DNA from: Octopus vulgaris
Lineage: Eukaryota
Length of the DNA: 64,000 bases
Assembly (NCBI GenBank): GCA_951406725.2
Contig: OX597830.1
Coordinates: 62,868,001-62,932,000 of the forward strand
Direction: 5' to 3'
In this document: in pieces, positions 63,070 through 64,000 of the stretch
How the letters are laid out: every line of letters starts with the position of its first letter
Numbering within the stretch: position 1 is the first letter of the stretch
The notes under the pieces: generated by a model
What the model was told of the DNA's origin: nothing
Seen by the model: the letters and a program-made list of their open reading frames with translations, nothing else
The model's database searches: none
Translations under genes and position numbers: made by a program

Positions 63070-64000
63070 TGTGTTATGTTGCTGGTCCTTCTGCCTGAAG
63101 CATTGTAACTGTAGTTTTCCCCTTCACGTTAACATATGCAAGACGATAAAAGAGAAAATCTTGTTTGTTCCAGCAGATTTCAGTTGCCATTATTCTGTGG
63201 AAATAACCGCTGGCATTATTATTTGTTTGGTGGTTCAAGGATTCCTAGTATTTTCTGTGATTGGACTTTTCTGTAATTGTTTTCTAACTTTCACCTGCGG
63301 GAAATAAACAGAATTTCATTGAAAAGTATCTTTGATAGTCTGATTCCTGAAGCAACTACAAGGAATTAAGCGATAATCGGTTACATAAATTCAAGGGCAA
63401 CGATGAACGAAAGAGCTTCGGCACAGAACCGATCGTTGAACCGATTGGAAGTTTTTATATTCTGCTATTGTTGTTGTTGTTGTTGTTCAGTTTTGTGTTT
63501 GTTCTGATTAAGCTGACCGATGATGAAAGTTTTTCCAATCGTGACCATCCTTCATGGGTTCGGTTTATAGGTAAAATCTGCGGATGGTGGGTGACGAAGG
63601 GCAAAATGCTTCGCGGCATTTTCTCTGTCTTTATATTGAGTTCAAATGCTGCCGTGGTCGACTTTGCCTTTCATCTTTTCAGGGTCAATAAAATAAATAC
63701 CAGTTAGTCACTTGGTTTGATTGCTGGCATTGTGCCAAAATTTGAAATTAATATTCTCAGTTTCCTTGATATCCACACAATCATATGGGTTTGCAAAGTC
63801 TACAATCTTACAAATAATCGTGTTTCTGAATTCAAATATCGCCGAGATCAACTTTGCTTTTCATCCTTTCGGGACTAATACAATAATCCCTGGTCAAGTA
63901 CTGGGGTCAATATAATCGACGAAGCACCCTCCTCTCCTCACTTTATAATTGCAGTCCTTGTACCAAAATTAGAAATGATAATTATTCTTTTCTACTCTAG

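Noticed and set aside
63060-63310. Candidate PDK exon 2 after the ttgtttgttccag acceptor
   Set aside because: No ELPVRLA-like sequence in any frame; more likely a minus-strand LINE tail abutting (AAT)n.

Overview
AT-rich, microsatellite- and transposon-saturated animal DNA. The repeat families and TTAGGG tracts point to a coleoid cephalopod, most likely Octopus (inference; no search run). Almost all ORFs in the supplied track are microsatellite or SINE artefacts. The only host coding sequence I can support is two separate ATG-initiated exons on the + strand (25202-25304 and 60755-60902), about 35 kb apart. Each encodes a basic mitochondrial presequence plus the N-terminal 'Y-x-x-F-N-P-S-P-L-S-x-x-x-F-x-x-F-G' motif of pyruvate dehydrogenase kinase, and each ends at a phase-1 GT donor. 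I found no downstream PDK exon between them, so they look like alternative first exons of one PDK gene whose body lies beyond the window. Each has a distinct candidate promoter element: a palindromic CRE, and a PPRE/RORE-like DR1. The rest is several tRNA-derived SINE families, decayed LINEs (RTE, CR1, Tx1-like, R4/Dong-like), Penelope-like pieces with minimal hammerhead ribozymes, a mariner nested in a mariner, a GGATCTTTTC-terminated 8-bp-TSD (Merlin-like) MITE family often carrying telomeric repeats, hAT and Tc1-type MITEs, and two solo LTRs. Repeat boundaries without TSD support are approximate.
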